Assembly: GCA_027730885.1 (NCBI GenBank)
Contig: JAQCHM010000001.1
Location: 1 to 31,321 of the forward strand
From: Actinomycetota bacterium
Lineage (GTDB): Bacteria > Actinomycetota > Acidimicrobiia > Acidimicrobiales > SZUA-35
DNA length: 31,321 nucleotides
Reading direction: 5' to 3'
In this document: in pieces, positions 6,718 to 17,570 of the stretch
How the letters are laid out: each line of letters starts with the position of its first letter
How positions within the stretch are numbered: position 1 is the stretch's first letter
Position numbers and translations under genes: made by a program
The notes under the pieces: model-generated
Database searches by the model: none
What the model saw: the letters and a program-made list of their open reading frames with translations, nothing else
Told to the model about the DNA's origin: nothing

Positions 6718-7758
6718 TCAGCTGGCCGAGCCGGCGGCGAACTCGGCCTTCATCGGCTGCACGATGTACTCGGCGAACAGATCGAACGATCGCGTCGTCT
6801 CCTGGGCCGACAGGTCGCCCCAGGAGAAGCCGCCGACGAAGTAGTCGGTGCCGGCCTCGGCTTCGAACTGCTGGCAGTGCTCGAGCACGGTCGAAGGAGA
6901 GCCGACCACGACAGCCTGCACCGACTTCGCCAAATCGTAGTCTCCGCCGAGCGTCGGATCACCGGGAGGGAGCAAGCCGAAGCGGCGGAACAGACGAGTC
7001 AGATGTTCGGTATACGCGACCCATGCGCGGCGACCGATGGCATCGGCCTCGGCATCACTGTCGGCGACGAGAATCTTGCGTATCCCACCGATCATCGGTT
7101 CCGGCCCTGCGCAGGGCCCGTCGGGGTCGAACAGCTCGCGGTAGCGAGCGACCGCACCAGCGACGGCAGCCAGCGGACCGGCGGCCATCGTCCGTGCGCC
7201 CATGCGAGCGGCGGTGTCCAAGGTTCCCGGCCGCCACAACGGCGGATGCGGTCGTTGATAGGGACCGACCTCGAGCGGGACGTCCTCGAAGCGATGGAAC
7301 CGACCTTCGTAGCTGAACGAGTCCGATGTCGAGGCCATCGCACGGAGGATGATGTCGAGGGCTTCGTTGGTCTTCGCGACGGCCTCGTCGGCGTCCAGTC
7401 CCCACAGGATGTGCTCGGGCGGGCTGACTCCCTTTCCGAAGCCGATCTCGAGCCGGCCCTCGGACAGATGGTCGAGCATGCACAGCTCCTCGAACAACCG
7501 CAGCGGATGGTAGAAGGGCAGCAGGTGCACCAGGGAACCGATCCTGATGATCGAGGTGCGTTCGATGACCGCCGCGAGGAAGACGTTGATGCTCGGCGCT
7601 GCGTCGAGCGGAATCAGGTGGTGCTCGGATTTGTGCCAACCCCAGAAGCCGGCCTCTTCGGCCCTGACCGCCAGATTGATCCGATGACGGTACAGCTCGT
7701 TGAGCGGCACGCCGCCAGGATGTTCCAGCTGGTCGAACACACCGAACCTGAGCGACAT
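6718..7758 (-). CDS. LLM-class (bacterial luciferase-like) flavin-dependent monooxygenase
   Basis: AEEAGF..W..SEHH, EELCMLDHLSEGRLEIGFGKG and PYQRPHPPLW. Confidence 0.92.
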   Translation of the reverse strand: MSLRFGVFDQLEHPGGVPLNELYRHRINLAVRAEEAGFWGWHKSEHHLIPLDAAPSINVFLAAVIERTSIIRIGSLVHLLPFYHPLRLFEELCMLDHLSEGRLEIGFGKGVSPPEHILWGLDADEAVAKTNEALDIILRAMASTSDSFSYEGRFHRFEDVPLEVGPYQRPHPPLWRPGTLDTAARMGARTMAAGPLAAVAGAVARYRELFDPDGPCAGPEPMIGGIRKILVADSDAEADAIGRRAWVAYTEHLTRLFRRFGLLPPGDPTLGGDYDLAKSVQAVVVGSPSTVLEHCQQFEAEAGTDYFVGGFSWGDLSAQETTRSFDLFAEYIVQPMKAEFAAGSAS

Positions 7759-7803
7759 TGTGATCCTTCACTGATCGATCGACCTTGATGGGAGAATGCA
7801 AGC

Positions 7804-9057
7804 ATGACGGTGCCCCAGGTGACAGGTCCACTCGGTGAGCGCCCCGCGCCGGACGCCCCGGCCGCGCCCCTTGCCGGTGTTCGCGTGCTCGAGGTCGCCA
7901 ACATGATCGCCGCGCCGTCGATGGCGGCGTTGATGGCCGATCTCGGGGCGAGCGTGGTGAAGGTGGAGCCGTTGACCGGAGACATTCTCCGTAACGCGGT
8001 GATCGACGGCCCAGGCCCCGATCCTTACTTCGAACTCGACAATCGGGGCAAGCGGGGTATCGCGGTCGATCTCTCGACCGCTGAGGGCATTGCATTGGTG
8101 CATCGACTGGCGCAATCGGCCGACGTGTTGGTCACGAACCTCACCGCCGACCGTATGGCCAAGTATCGGCTGTCGGCCGACGACGTTGCGACCGTCGCCC
8201 CTCGATGCATCCATGCGTCGCTGTCGGGCTATGGAACGACGGGCGAGGACGCGGGGAGGCTGGCCTATGACATGACGGCGTTCTTCGCTCGGGGCGGCGT
8301 CCAGTCGCTCGTGAGCGAACCGGACGGCGCGCCACCGGCGTTCCGGCCGGGCCAAGGAGATCACACGTCGGCCCTCGCGTTGCTGGCGGCCACGCTCGCT
8401 GCGCTCCGGCTACGTGACACGACAGGCCACGTCGCTCCCGTCGAGGTGGCCCTCATGCAGGTTGCGACGTGGACGATCGCCAGCGACCTGTCGGTCACGC
8501 TGGTCTCTGGAACCGGTCCCCAACGCTGGCCCCGGGAAGAGTGGCCGTCACCCCTCACCTGTCGCTTCCGCTGCGCGGACGACTTGTGGATCGCCTTCTG
8601 TATGCCTGGCCCGAGAGATTTCTGGGAAGCGTTCGCCCGGTGCGTGGATCGCCCGGAGTGGGTCGACGACCCTCGTTTCGCCACACCGATCGCCCGGCGT
8701 GCCAACGCAGCAGACCTCATAGCGGCGTGCGACGACATCTTCGCGACGCGGTCCCGCGACCACTGGTCCGCACGGCTCGACGCCGCAGGCCTGACCTGGG
8801 GCCCCATTCAGACGGTCGAGTCCCTGGTCGACGATCCGACGCTCCACGAACTCGGCGGTCTTCACCTCATCGACGATCATCCATCGGGTCCCTTTCACAC
8901 CGTCGCCGCACCGTTCCATCTTCGCGGCGCCGACGTCACGGTCCGCGGCCGAGCGCCGGAGTTGGGCGAACACACTCGGGCCGTGCTGGCCGAGGCCGGA
9001 CTGACCGAAACCGAGATCGAGGAACTCGTCGAGGCGAGGGTGGTCGGGACCCTTTGA
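7804..9057 (+). CDS. Family III CoA-transferase (CaiB/BaiF)
   Basis: PLAGVRVLE, ADLGASVVKVEP, NRGKRGIAVDL, ADVLVTN, YDMTA and APELGEHT. Confidence 0.93.
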   Translation: MTVPQVTGPLGERPAPDAPAAPLAGVRVLEVANMIAAPSMAALMADLGASVVKVEPLTGDILRNAVIDGPGPDPYFELDNRGKRGIAVDLSTAEGIALVHRLAQSADVLVTNLTADRMAKYRLSADDVATVAPRCIHASLSGYGTTGEDAGRLAYDMTAFFARGGVQSLVSEPDGAPPAFRPGQGDHTSALALLAATLAALRLRDTTGHVAPVEVALMQVATWTIASDLSVTLVSGTGPQRWPREEWPSPLTCRFRCADDLWIAFCMPGPRDFWEAFARCVDRPEWVDDPRFATPIARRANAADLIAACDDIFATRSRDHWSARLDAAGLTWGPIQTVESLVDDPTLHELGGLHLIDDHPSGPFHTVAAPFHLRGADVTVRGRAPELGEHTRAVLAEAGLTETEIEELVEARVVGTL

Positions 9058-9076
9058 CCCCGATCGAGGCCGGGCG

Positions 9077-9082
9077 TAGCCT
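9077..9082 (+). promoter_or_regulatory. -10 box (TAGCCT) 6 nt before ATG 9089; putative leaderless mRNA
   Basis: TANNNT hexamer at leaderless spacing. Confidence 0.5.
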
Positions 9083-9088
9083 CGGCCC

Positions 9089-9967
9089 ATGGTGACCACA
9101 CCGACCTTCGCCCTCACGCCCCTCCCCGACGTCAGTTTCGGTGCCGTCGTTACGGACATCGATGTGCGCTCTCTCGACGACGTCTCGTGGGCCGCGTTGC
9201 ATGACGCGTGGATCGACTTCGGACTGCTCGTCTTCCCGGCCCAGCATCTGACCCGGGAGGAGCAGGACGCCTTCGCCCGCCGGTTCGGTGACCTCGAGTT
9301 CACGGCGGCCCCGATTTCCAACATCGGCAAGGACGGCACCATCCACCGCGAGGCTGACGACGACATCGTCAAGTCCATTCGCGGCAACGAGGGTTGGCAC
9401 CACGACAGCACCTACATGCCCCTCCAGGCCAAAGGGGCGGTGTTCTCGGCTGAGATCGTGCCGACCGAGGGCGCGGCAACTGGGTTCGCCGACATGCGGT
9501 ACGCGTACGACGTGCTCGACTCGTCGATCAAGGAACGAATCGCCGGCCTGTCCGCCCACCACTCGCTCTACTACAGCCAGGGCCGGGCCGGCTACCTACC
9601 CTCCAAGACCAACGAGAAGGGCAGCTATGACCTCTACGGCTATCACGACCTCGACGTTCCCCTGAGGCCGCTGGTCAAGGTTCATCCGGTCACCGGTCGG
9701 CCCAACCTCAACGTGGGCCGCCACGCCCACGAAATTCCGGGCTTGGACCCGGCCGAGTCGGAGGCGCTGATCGATTCTCTTAACGCCGGCGCGTGCGTCG
9801 AGGCCAACACGTACCACCACCAGTGGAACGTCGGCGACGCCGTGATCTGGGACAATCGTCGCCTGATGCACCGAGCGACGCCGTTCGACCTCTCTCAGCC
9901 CCGACGCATGTGGCACACCCGTATCGCCGGCGAGCGTCCGAGCGAGCTCGCGCTCAACCACCAGTGA
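9089..9967 (+). CDS. TauD/TfdA-family 2OG-Fe(II) dioxygenase, SdpA-like
   Basis: WHHDSTYMP, GAVFSAE, FADMR, PLRPLVKVHP, GRHAH, IWDNRRLMHRA and MWHTR, matching my recollection of SdpA. Confidence 0.9.
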   Translation: MVTTPTFALTPLPDVSFGAVVTDIDVRSLDDVSWAALHDAWIDFGLLVFPAQHLTREEQDAFARRFGDLEFTAAPISNIGKDGTIHREADDDIVKSIRGNEGWHHDSTYMPLQAKGAVFSAEIVPTEGAATGFADMRYAYDVLDSSIKERIAGLSAHHSLYYSQGRAGYLPSKTNEKGSYDLYGYHDLDVPLRPLVKVHPVTGRPNLNVGRHAHEIPGLDPAESEALIDSLNAGACVEANTYHHQWNVGDAVIWDNRRLMHRATPFDLSQPRRMWHTRIAGERPSELALNHQ

Positions 9968-9990
9968 GGCGAGGCCGCCGGGTCACGTCG

Positions 9991-12137
9991 TCAGTGCGAC
10001 GACTCGCCGGCGACCACCACGATGGTGGTCGTCCTGTTCTCGGCCAAGAGGAAGTGGGCGGTGTTGCCGAATCGAGGCGAGCCGCCGACCTGGCCGCGGC
10101 GCACCGCTGACAGCACGAGCAGATCGGCGTCGAGTTCCGTGACCGACTCGAGGATCGCGCCCCCTGCGCTTTCGGCGTGCCGGAGTTCGGTCGCGTGGTT
10201 GGCACCCAACTTGTCCGCTGTCGCTGCTGTCTCATCCAGGATCTGACGGCCGACCGAGGGCGGTCCGATGATGCTCGTGAGATCGGCGAGGGACGGCGAC
10301 GCGGCATTGGTATCGACGTACAACAGGTGGAGTCGGGTGCCGATGGCAGCGCCGAGATACGAGGCCACCTCGGCGCTTCCACGAGAGGTTGTCGACCCGG
10401 TGACCGGAACGATCGCCCGACCGAAGGCCCAGAGGAGCCGATCCTGGTGCCCTCGGCCGAGCCGAACGACCACCGCCGAGACCGACACCTGGCCGAGGAC
10501 GGCGTCTACGAACGGCGACACCACGCTGTCGGTCTCCCCGGTTGCCGACGCGCCCACGACCAGGGCCGAATAGCCAAGCCTGCACTCTTCCACCACTGCG
10601 CTGACGACGCCATCGGCCGCATCTGACGCCGCGAGCCGGAGATGGTCGACCTGCTTCCCGTGGAGGACGCCCTCGAACGGGCGGAGGTCGAGCTCTTGAT
10701 CCCCCACCGTCACCAACGTCACGCGCGCCCCGTCGGGCCACACGAGCCCGACGATCTGGGCCGCGAGCAGCGATGCGACACCACCGCGCGTCGGCAGGAG
10801 AAACCGGCCGGCGGTCACGATCGAGTTGGAGGCCAGGGCCTCCTCCTGGTCGAGACGCGCACGTTCCGCCGGCGTTCCCTCGAAGTTGACCAAAACGGCA
10901 CGAAGCAGTGGGGCGCCGCCATTGAGGTGGCCATCGCCATCAGGACCACGACCGCGTAGGAGGTCTGGTTCAGCACGCCCAGTGACAGCCCGAGCGCGGC
11001 GATCACGATCTCCAACGCGCCACGGGCATTGAGGCCGATGCCCAAGGAAGCGCCCTCACGGCCGGTGAGCGCCCCGAGGCGCGCGCCGGCGATTGCTCCG
11101 ACGAACTTCGACGCACTGGCGCCGGCCACCGCCAACGCGGCCCACAACAGGGTGTTGGCGTCGTCGAGCAGGCCAAGGTCCACCCGGAGCCTGGCTGTGG
11201 CGAAGAAGATGAGAGCGAAGACGGCCTACGTCATCGTCTCCACCGGCTTGATCAAGCCGTGTTCGGCGAAGCGCGACCTGCGATGATCACCCCCGGAACG
11301 AAGGCACCCAGCACGGCCTCCACGTGGAGCCATTGGGTGATCGCTCCGAAGGTCAAAGCCGTGACCACGACAACGATTGTCGCCTTCACGGGATCGTCAC
11401 CGGCCATGCGCACCCGCCGCAGGCTGAAGTCCACCAACTTCTGACCGACCGTGAACGCGGCGGCGAAGAACAGGACGACTCCACCGAGGGTCATGGCCAG
11501 TTGGTCGACCTCGATGCTGTCGGCCTGAGCGAGACCGGCAACGAGACCCAGGATGATCCAGCCCATGACGTCGTTGGCCATGCCGGCGGCGAGGGTGAGT
11601 TGGCCGACATTGCGGCGCATCAAGCCCATCTCGCCCAGAATTTTCGCGATGACCGGCAACGACGAGATGGAAAGGGCGGCGGCAATGAACAGGGCGAAGA
11701 CCAACCGGTCGGCGCCCTCCCCGACGAAGGTGGTGGGTATGACCCAACCCAGGCCGAATCCGACGCCGAGGGGCACCAACAACGAACCGGTGGACACCGT
11801 GGCCGCCGCTCGGCCCAGGCGACGGATGAGCCGAGGTCCGTCTCGAAACCTGTGGCTACGAGCAGCAGGATCACGCCGATCCAGCCCATCGTGAAGAGCA
11901 TGGCGGTCTGGGCATGGTCGTCGGGGAACAGCCACGCCGTGGCATCGGGCCACACCCGGCCGAGGAACGACGGCCCGAGCAGCAGACCAGCACCGAGCTC
12001 ACCGATGACGGCGGCCTGTCCGATCCTGCGCATGCACGAGCCCAGCACCCGAGCCACGACCAGGATGAGGAGGACGCTGGGAAGAACACGAGCAACTGAT
12101 GATCGTCAGGAGTGCGGAGCGAAACGACGCCGATCAA
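9991..12137 (-). pseudogene. CPA2 cation:proton antiporter with C-terminal universal-stress (USP) domains; 4 frameshifts and 1 nonsense codon
   Basis: RBS GAGGAGG and TTG at 12137. Segments HQLLVFF / VIGELGAGLLLGPS / ISSLPVIAKIL / EAVLGAF / GLNARGALEIVIA / USP (AIVPVTGS, FGNTAHFLL) lie in different frames, with shifts near 12080, 11835, 11275 and 10912; TAG at 11226-11228. Confidence 0.88.
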
Positions 12138-12148
12138 GTCAGTCCTCC

Positions 12149-13327
12149 TCATACCGCCTTGGGCGTCGCCAGCATGAGTACCGCGCCGACGAGCGCGACC
12201 GCGGCCATCGCACCGAAGCCCGCGCCGTAGCCCGACCAGTCGATGAGGGCGCCCGTCAGGTAACCGCCGAGGGGTGCCCCGATGTCGAAGAAGAGGTTGA
12301 ACGAGCCCATCGCCTGGCCTCGCTCGGCCGGTGGCGCGTCGTCGACCACCATGGCCAGGAGCGTCGGGAAGACGCCGGCGAATCCGCCGCCGAACACCAC
12401 CACTGCGACGAAGGCCGGGCCAGGCGAACGAAAGGTGGCCAGCAGCGCCAGACCAGTCGCGCAGGCCAGCGCACACGGAATGGCCACGGCGCGACGTCCC
12501 AGTCGGTCGGCCAGGCCTCCGGCGATGGACCGGGTGACCATGACCGATACCGAAAGGGCGAGGAAGAGCCCGCCTGAGCTGCTCATCCCGATGTTCGTGG
12601 CGTAGAGCGCGAGGAAGGTGCCGACCGCTGTCCATCCGACTCCGACGCAGAAGTAGACGCTGCCCGGCCGGACGGCCGCCGGGTGGAAGAAGCGGTCGCG
12701 CAGCCGCATGCGCGGGGCATTGGTGTGCTTCTGACGGGTTTCCGGAATGAAGAGGGCGAGCACGGCCCCGCCGAAGGTGCTCAGCGCCACCGCGGCTCAA
12801 ACCGCGTCGAAGCCACGCGTCGAGATGAGGAGTTCCGCCAACGCCGGCCCGGTCGCGAATCCCACGTAGAAGAACAGGCTGTAACGAGCGAGGTACGTTG
12901 CCCGCCGGTCGTTGGGGGCGACGTCGCTCACCGACGCTGACGCCGCCCCGTAGAACATCGCGCCGGCCAAGCCTTGGAGCAGGCGCAACACCAGGAGTTG
13001 AGGGACCGAGCGGGCAGCGAGGAGTCCCACACCCGACACCGCCGTCAGGAGGGGTCCGAGGATCAAGAAGAGGCGACGTCCATGGCGATCGATGAACTGG
13101 CCGGTCCATGGTCGACTGAGGAGGGCCGAGAGTGACGCCGCGGTCATGATCAGACCAGCGGTGCGTTTGGTCGTCCCGATCTCCTCGACCATGAGTCTCG
13201 GGAGTGATGGAAACAGAAGTCCTTGGGCCAGGAACGTCCCGAGTGCCGACAGACAGATGAGGCCGACGATGACCGCAGGTCGATCCCGACCGAACGAGGC
13301 AGTTGCGAACGGGGGGTTGTCACCCAC
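12149..13327 (-). pseudogene. MFS transporter interrupted by one in-frame TGA (12797-12799)
   Basis: GQFIDRHGRR and GGLADRLGRR motif-A copies in the two halves, both in the same frame; FDAV*AAVALS suggests TGG to TGA. Start uncertain. Confidence 0.85.
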
Positions 13328-13475
13328 GGGTAGCCACCTACCCCAGACCCTTCCACCTGTCGTCGACCCTGTCCATTTCCCGGATTGCATCGGCCACTTC
13401 GCCGAGAGGACCAAGGACAATGGTGCCATGGAACAGCGGATTCTGCGGTGGGACGGTTCGGGTAAGCCGCATGAG

Positions 13476-13928
13476 GTCAGCATCGTCGCTGCCCATGTTC
13501 GTGGGGTGCACCGACGCAGCGAGATCCTCGACTTGGATCACTACCTCGAAGTGCTCTGGCGCCGCCCCGGCGCGCTACCTGGCGCGACCGCGCTCGCCCA
13601 AGCCCGCGCCACGGGCCGGTTCCGGCCCGAGCACCAACAGTTCTGGGACCTTGCCCGCCGACGCAACGGCGATCAGGCCGGCACCCGCGCCCTCTGCGAC
13701 GTGTTGTTGCTGCACCGCCACCACCACAGCGATCACGTCATCGCCGGGATACGCGCCGTCCTGTCGATCGGCAACGTCGACCCCGCTGTGGTCGCGGTCG
13801 AGACCCGCCGGGCGATCGAGCACCTCCAACCCGCACCCGTTGTCGGGCCGATCGAACGCGTCCCCGACCTTTCCGTCTACGACCAGCTCCTCACCGCCCA
13901 ACCCAACCAGAAAGCCAACCCTGAATGA
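13476..13928 (+). pseudogene. istA: C-terminal fragment of IS21-family transposase IstA
   Basis: LDLDHYLEVL.R.PGALPGATALAQAR and GTRAL..VLLLHR; DDE core absent; ATGA overlap with istB. Confidence 0.82.
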
Positions 13929-14674
13929 CCACAACAACGACCATCACCGACACCGCTATCGCCGCCGACGCCTGCCGCCAACTCGCCCTCACCGGCCTCG
14001 CCCCAACACTCGACGAGCTCTGCACTGAGGCAATCCGCCGGCGGATCTCACACCCGAAGTTCCTCGCCGAGGCACTCCAGATCGAGCTCGACATCCGCCA
14101 CGAACGACGCCGCGCCCGGCGAGTCCACGAAGCACGCCTGCGACGGATCAAGACCCTCGACGAGTTCGACCTCGACGCCAACCCGAACATCACACCGTCA
14201 ACGATCGCGATGCTCCGCGACGGCACGTTCATCACCAACAACGAACCCGTCGTCCTCCTCGGCAACTCCGGCACCGGCAAAAGCCATCTGCTGATCGGCG
14301 CCTGCCTCGCCGCCGCCGAGAACGGTCTCAGGGTCCGCTACATCACCTGCGCCCAACTCGCCAACGAACGCGCCGAAGCCAACGACGACCACAAGCTGTC
14401 ACGCGTCGTTGCCCGCTACGGCCGCCACGACCTCCTCGCGATCGATGAACTCGGCTACGTCCGCTTGGACCAACACTCCGCCGAACTGCTCTTCCAGATC
14501 CTCACCGAACGAGAAGAACGAGCCGCCGTCGCAGTCGCCTCCAACGCCCCATTCAGCGAATGGTCAAAGACCTTCACCGACCCCCGCCTCGCCGCCGCGG
14601 TCGTCGACCGCATCACCTACCACGCCCACATCATCCAGACCGGCACTATCAGCTACAGGCTCAACAGCCGATAA
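13925..14674 (+). CDS. istB: IS21-family helper ATPase IstB
   Basis: Walker A GNSGTGKS, Walker B LLAIDELGY, ASNAPFSEW and AAVVDRIT. Confidence 0.95.
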   Translation: MTTTTTITDTAIAADACRQLALTGLAPTLDELCTEAIRRRISHPKFLAEALQIELDIRHERRRARRVHEARLRRIKTLDEFDLDANPNITPSTIAMLRDGTFITNNEPVVLLGNSGTGKSHLLIGACLAAAENGLRVRYITCAQLANERAEANDDHKLSRVVARYGRHDLLAIDELGYVRLDQHSAELLFQILTEREERAAVAVASNAPFSEWSKTFTDPRLAAAVVDRITYHAHIIQTGTISYRLNSR

Positions 14675-14689
14675 CATCCCCGACCAGAT

Positions 14690-14739
14690 GGGGCCAGATC
14701 AGCCCGTCGCCCCGGGGCCAGATCAAGCCGTCGAACTCA
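14690..14739 (+). mobile_element. IS21 right end: two subterminal direct repeats and terminal CA
   Basis: GGGGCCAGATCA at 14690-14701 and 14714-14725 (20-mers 18/20 identical, 24-bp period); ...GAACTCA ends at 14739. Confidence 0.75.
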
Positions 14740-14774
14740 GCCGGCGGGGCGGGTAGTCGGGCTGTTGAGCCTGG

Positions 14775-15380
14775 TCAGGCGAGATTTTGGCGGCCTTCGA
14801 TGGCACGTCCCAGCGTGAGTTCGTCGGCGTATTCGAGATCACCGCCCACCGGGAGTCCTGATGCAAGCCTTGTCACGGTAATTTCAAAAGGCTGCAATAT
14901 TTTCGAAGCGATGAAGGCAGCGGTGGTCTCGCCCTCGATGTTCGGGTTCATACAGAGGATGACTTCTGTGATGTCCTCGCTCGCCACTCGGCGGGCCAGT
15001 TCCCGTATCCGTAGCTGTTCGGGTCCGATTCCTTCCAGCATGTTGATGACACCCTGGAGCACGTGGTACCGACCCTTGAACGCTCCGGTCTTTTCGATCG
15101 CGGCAATGTCCTTGGGTTCTTCGACCACGCAGATGACACCTTCTTCACGCCGAGGGTCGGTGCAGATCTCGCACTGGCTCGCCTCGGCGATGTTGAAGCA
15201 GCGGTCGCAGAACGAGACCGTTTCCTTCATGACGATGATGGCGTCGGCCAAGCGTCGGGCGTCGACGACATCGGCCTTGAGCAGATGGAAGGCGATGCGC
15301 TGCGCGGACTTAGGGCCGATGCCAGGGAGGCGGCCCAGCTCGTCGATGAGAATCTCGACCGGTTTGGCGTAGGCGCTCAC
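14775..15380 (-). CDS. recR: Recombination mediator RecR
   Basis: [12 protein letters not shown]4 finger CDRC...CEIC, Toprim VVEEPKD and [12 protein letters not shown]. Confidence 0.98.
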   Translation of the reverse strand: MSAYAKPVEILIDELGRLPGIGPKSAQRIAFHLLKADVVDARRLADAIIVMKETVSFCDRCFNIAEASQCEICTDPRREEGVICVVEEPKDIAAIEKTGAFKGRYHVLQGVINMLEGIGPEQLRIRELARRVASEDITEVILCMNPNIEGETTAAFIASKILQPFEITVTRLASGLPVGGDLEYADELTLGRAIEGRQNLA

Positions 15381-15709
15381 TGGCCGCCGAGGAGCCCGCC
15401 GAGGTGGCCGAGGTCGATGCCGCCCAGACCCCCTTGCTGGAGTTCGATGACCCGCGCCCCCGCGTCTCTGAGCGCGGCGAGGACGAGATCCTCCAAGAGC
15501 TCGACATCGGACGGGTCGACCACGTCCGGGGCAATGGTGACCGAGCGGAACCGGCCGTCGCCGGTCATCTCGATGATGACCTTCCCCCCGCCGGACTGGC
15601 CCGCCACCGTCTGTTCGGCTTGGGCCGTTTGTGCCGCCATCATCTGCTCCTGCATGGCCTGGGCCTGTTGGAGTAGGGCGCTGAAATCGAGACCACCTTG
15701 GTCGGACAT
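15377..15709 (-). CDS. ybaB: YbaB/EbfC nucleoid-associated protein
   Basis: [14 protein letters not shown] and [11 protein letters not shown]; lies between dnaX and recR. Confidence 0.95.
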   Translation of the reverse strand: MSDQGGLDFSALLQQAQAMQEQMMAAQTAQAEQTVAGQSGGGKVIIEMTGDGRFRSVTIAPDVVDPSDVELLEDLVLAALRDAGARVIELQQGGLGGIDLGHLGGLLGGQ

Positions 15710-15734
15710 GGGTCCTCTCTTGCAGGTAGGGGGG

Positions 15735-17564
15735 TTAGTCGGGCGGGGGAGCGACGAGCGTGGAGCCGGGAAAGGCCCTGGTGAGCCGATCGATCCCTGT
15801 CGAGGCTACGTCGTCGGCGTTCTCGAGGTGGGCCACGTCGGAGGTGTCGATGTGCTCCTCCGGCAGCGACCTCGGGGCGGTCGTGGGCGTCGAGCCGCGA
15901 GGTGGCGGGGTCGATGCGTCGACGACGAGCTGCACCGTGAGCGGTCGGCCGAACCGTTGGTGGAGGGCACGCTCGAGTTCGGGGCGGACCTCTTCGCATC
16001 GTGGGATGACGTGTGCGTTGGGTACCGCGAAGGTCGCGACCCCTCCAATGACCGAGGTGAAGTGGCCGAGCCTGAACCGCGCCCGGACGCGCTGCTCGAG
16101 TTCGTCGAGGAATCCGCCGCTGAACGCGGCCGTCAGGTCGTCGATGGTGATAGGCGGTCCGTCGGGCGACGAGGCCGACGTGGCAACTGGCATCGGCGCC
16201 GGTGATGGGGCGGCGGGCGGTCCCGACGGCGCGGGCTGGGAACGAGCGGCACCGGGTCGTTGATCTAGGGGTTGATCGACGGGTTGATCGGACAGGGCTG
16301 ATCGTGCAGCGGACGCAGGACCGTTCCGTGCGGGAGCGGGCGAGGCCGCCGTTGGCCGGGGCGGGGGCGAGGCCGGTGTCGTCGGGACCGGGGGGATCGA
16401 TCCGGTCGCCTGCACGTTGACCGGCGCCGGGCTCGGCGAACCTTGGGTAGGCGAACCTTGGGTAAGGGTGGCGACTTGTTGTTCGAGTGCTTCGATGCGT
16501 TGCAGCAAGGCGGCGACGTCGTTGCCGTCCTTGCGGGCCAGGCGGAGCACCGTGACCTCGAGGGGCACACGGGGATCGGGGGCTTGGCGCATGTCGACCA
16601 AGGCCTGACCGAGGTGCTCGAGCGAACGGGTGATGGTGGCCGGTCCGAGTGAACCGGCAAGCTCGTTGGCCCTGGTGCGAGATGAGTCGTTCAAGTGGGC
16701 CAGCGGAGCACCCATGGCCGAGAGGAAGGCGTCGCGCAGCAGACTCAGCGTTTCCTCGCCGATCACCCGAGGCTCGCGGCCGGTCTCCATCGCTCGCTGA
16801 ATGGCGGTGAGCGCCGCGCCGGTGTCGCCGGCTCCGATGGCTCGAGCGAGGTCGAATCCGACATCAGAGGTGGAGGGAACGCCGCCGGCTGCAGCGACGA
16901 GATCCAGCGCGGAGAGGGTGTCGCGCGCCGAGCCGCCGCCCTGGCGCAGGGCATACTCGATGCCAGCCTCGTCGACGTCGAGTCCTGCATCGTCGATGAC
17001 CCACCGCACATGCTCAGCCAACTCGTCGCCGGGGAGCAGGTGGAACTCGAAGTGTTGGGTGCGGCTACGGATGGTGGGGACGACCTTGTGCGGCTCGGTG
17101 GTGGCCAGCACGAAGACCACGTGCGGCGGCGGTTCTTCGAGTGTCTTGAGCAGCGCGTTCTCTGCTCCCGAGGTGAGCATGTGCACCTCGTCGAGGATGT
17201 AGACCTTGGTCCGGCCGGGCGACCCGAGTGAGACCTTGGCGATCAGGTCTCTGATGTCATCGACCTTGTTGTTGGAGGCCGCGTCGAGTTCGTGCAAGTC
17301 GAAGCTGCGGCCGTGCTCGATGTCGACGCAGCTGGTGCAGGTGCCACACGGCTCGCCGGCGTCGAGATGTTCGCAGTTGAGGGCCTTGGCCAACACCCGG
17401 GCGGTACTGGTCTTTCCGGTGCCTCGGGGTCCGCTGAAGAGGTAGGCATGGCCGTATCGGCCCTCGGCCACAGCGGCCTTGAGCGCCTGGGTGACATGCG
17501 GTTGGCCTTTGATCTCGGCGAAGGTCTGTGACCGGTACCGGCGGTAAAGGGATCTGTAGGCCAC
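15735..17564 (-). CDS. dnaX: DNA polymerase III subunit gamma/tau
   Basis: LYRRYR, GPRGTGKTS, C..C zinc motif, LDEVHML, LLKTLEEPP and TIRSR; Pro/Ala-rich linker. Confidence 0.98.
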   Translation of the reverse strand: MAYRSLYRRYRSQTFAEIKGQPHVTQALKAAVAEGRYGHAYLFSGPRGTGKTSTARVLAKALNCEHLDAGEPCGTCTSCVDIEHGRSFDLHELDAASNNKVDDIRDLIAKVSLGSPGRTKVYILDEVHMLTSGAENALLKTLEEPPPHVVFVLATTEPHKVVPTIRSRTQHFEFHLLPGDELAEHVRWVIDDAGLDVDEAGIEYALRQGGGSARDTLSALDLVAAAGGVPSTSDVGFDLARAIGAGDTGAALTAIQRAMETGREPRVIGEETLSLLRDAFLSAMGAPLAHLNDSSRTRANELAGSLGPATITRSLEHLGQALVDMRQAPDPRVPLEVTVLRLARKDGNDVAALLQRIEALEQQVATLTQGSPTQGSPSPAPVNVQATGSIPPVPTTPASPPPRPTAASPAPARNGPASAARSALSDQPVDQPLDQRPGAARSQPAPSGPPAAPSPAPMPVATSASSPDGPPITIDDLTAAFSGGFLDELEQRVRARFRLGHFTSVIGGVATFAVPNAHVIPRCEEVRPELERALHQRFGRPLTVQLVVDASTPPPRGSTPTTAPRSLPEEHIDTSDVAHLENADDVASTGIDRLTRAFPGSTLVAPPPD

Positions 17565-17570
17565 GCCTCG

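Noticed and set aside
12797-12799. In-frame TGA in the MFS gene as selenocysteine or Trp recoding
   Set aside because: TGA is the ordinary stop for many genes here, no SECIS-like hairpin is evident, and the adjacent gene is also decayed.
15735-17564. Programmed frameshift in dnaX (gamma/tau); short repeats encoding TQGSP-TQGSP and DQP in the linker
   Set aside because: No A-AAA-AAG or poly-A slippery site was seen; the repeats are ordinary low-complexity linker variation.
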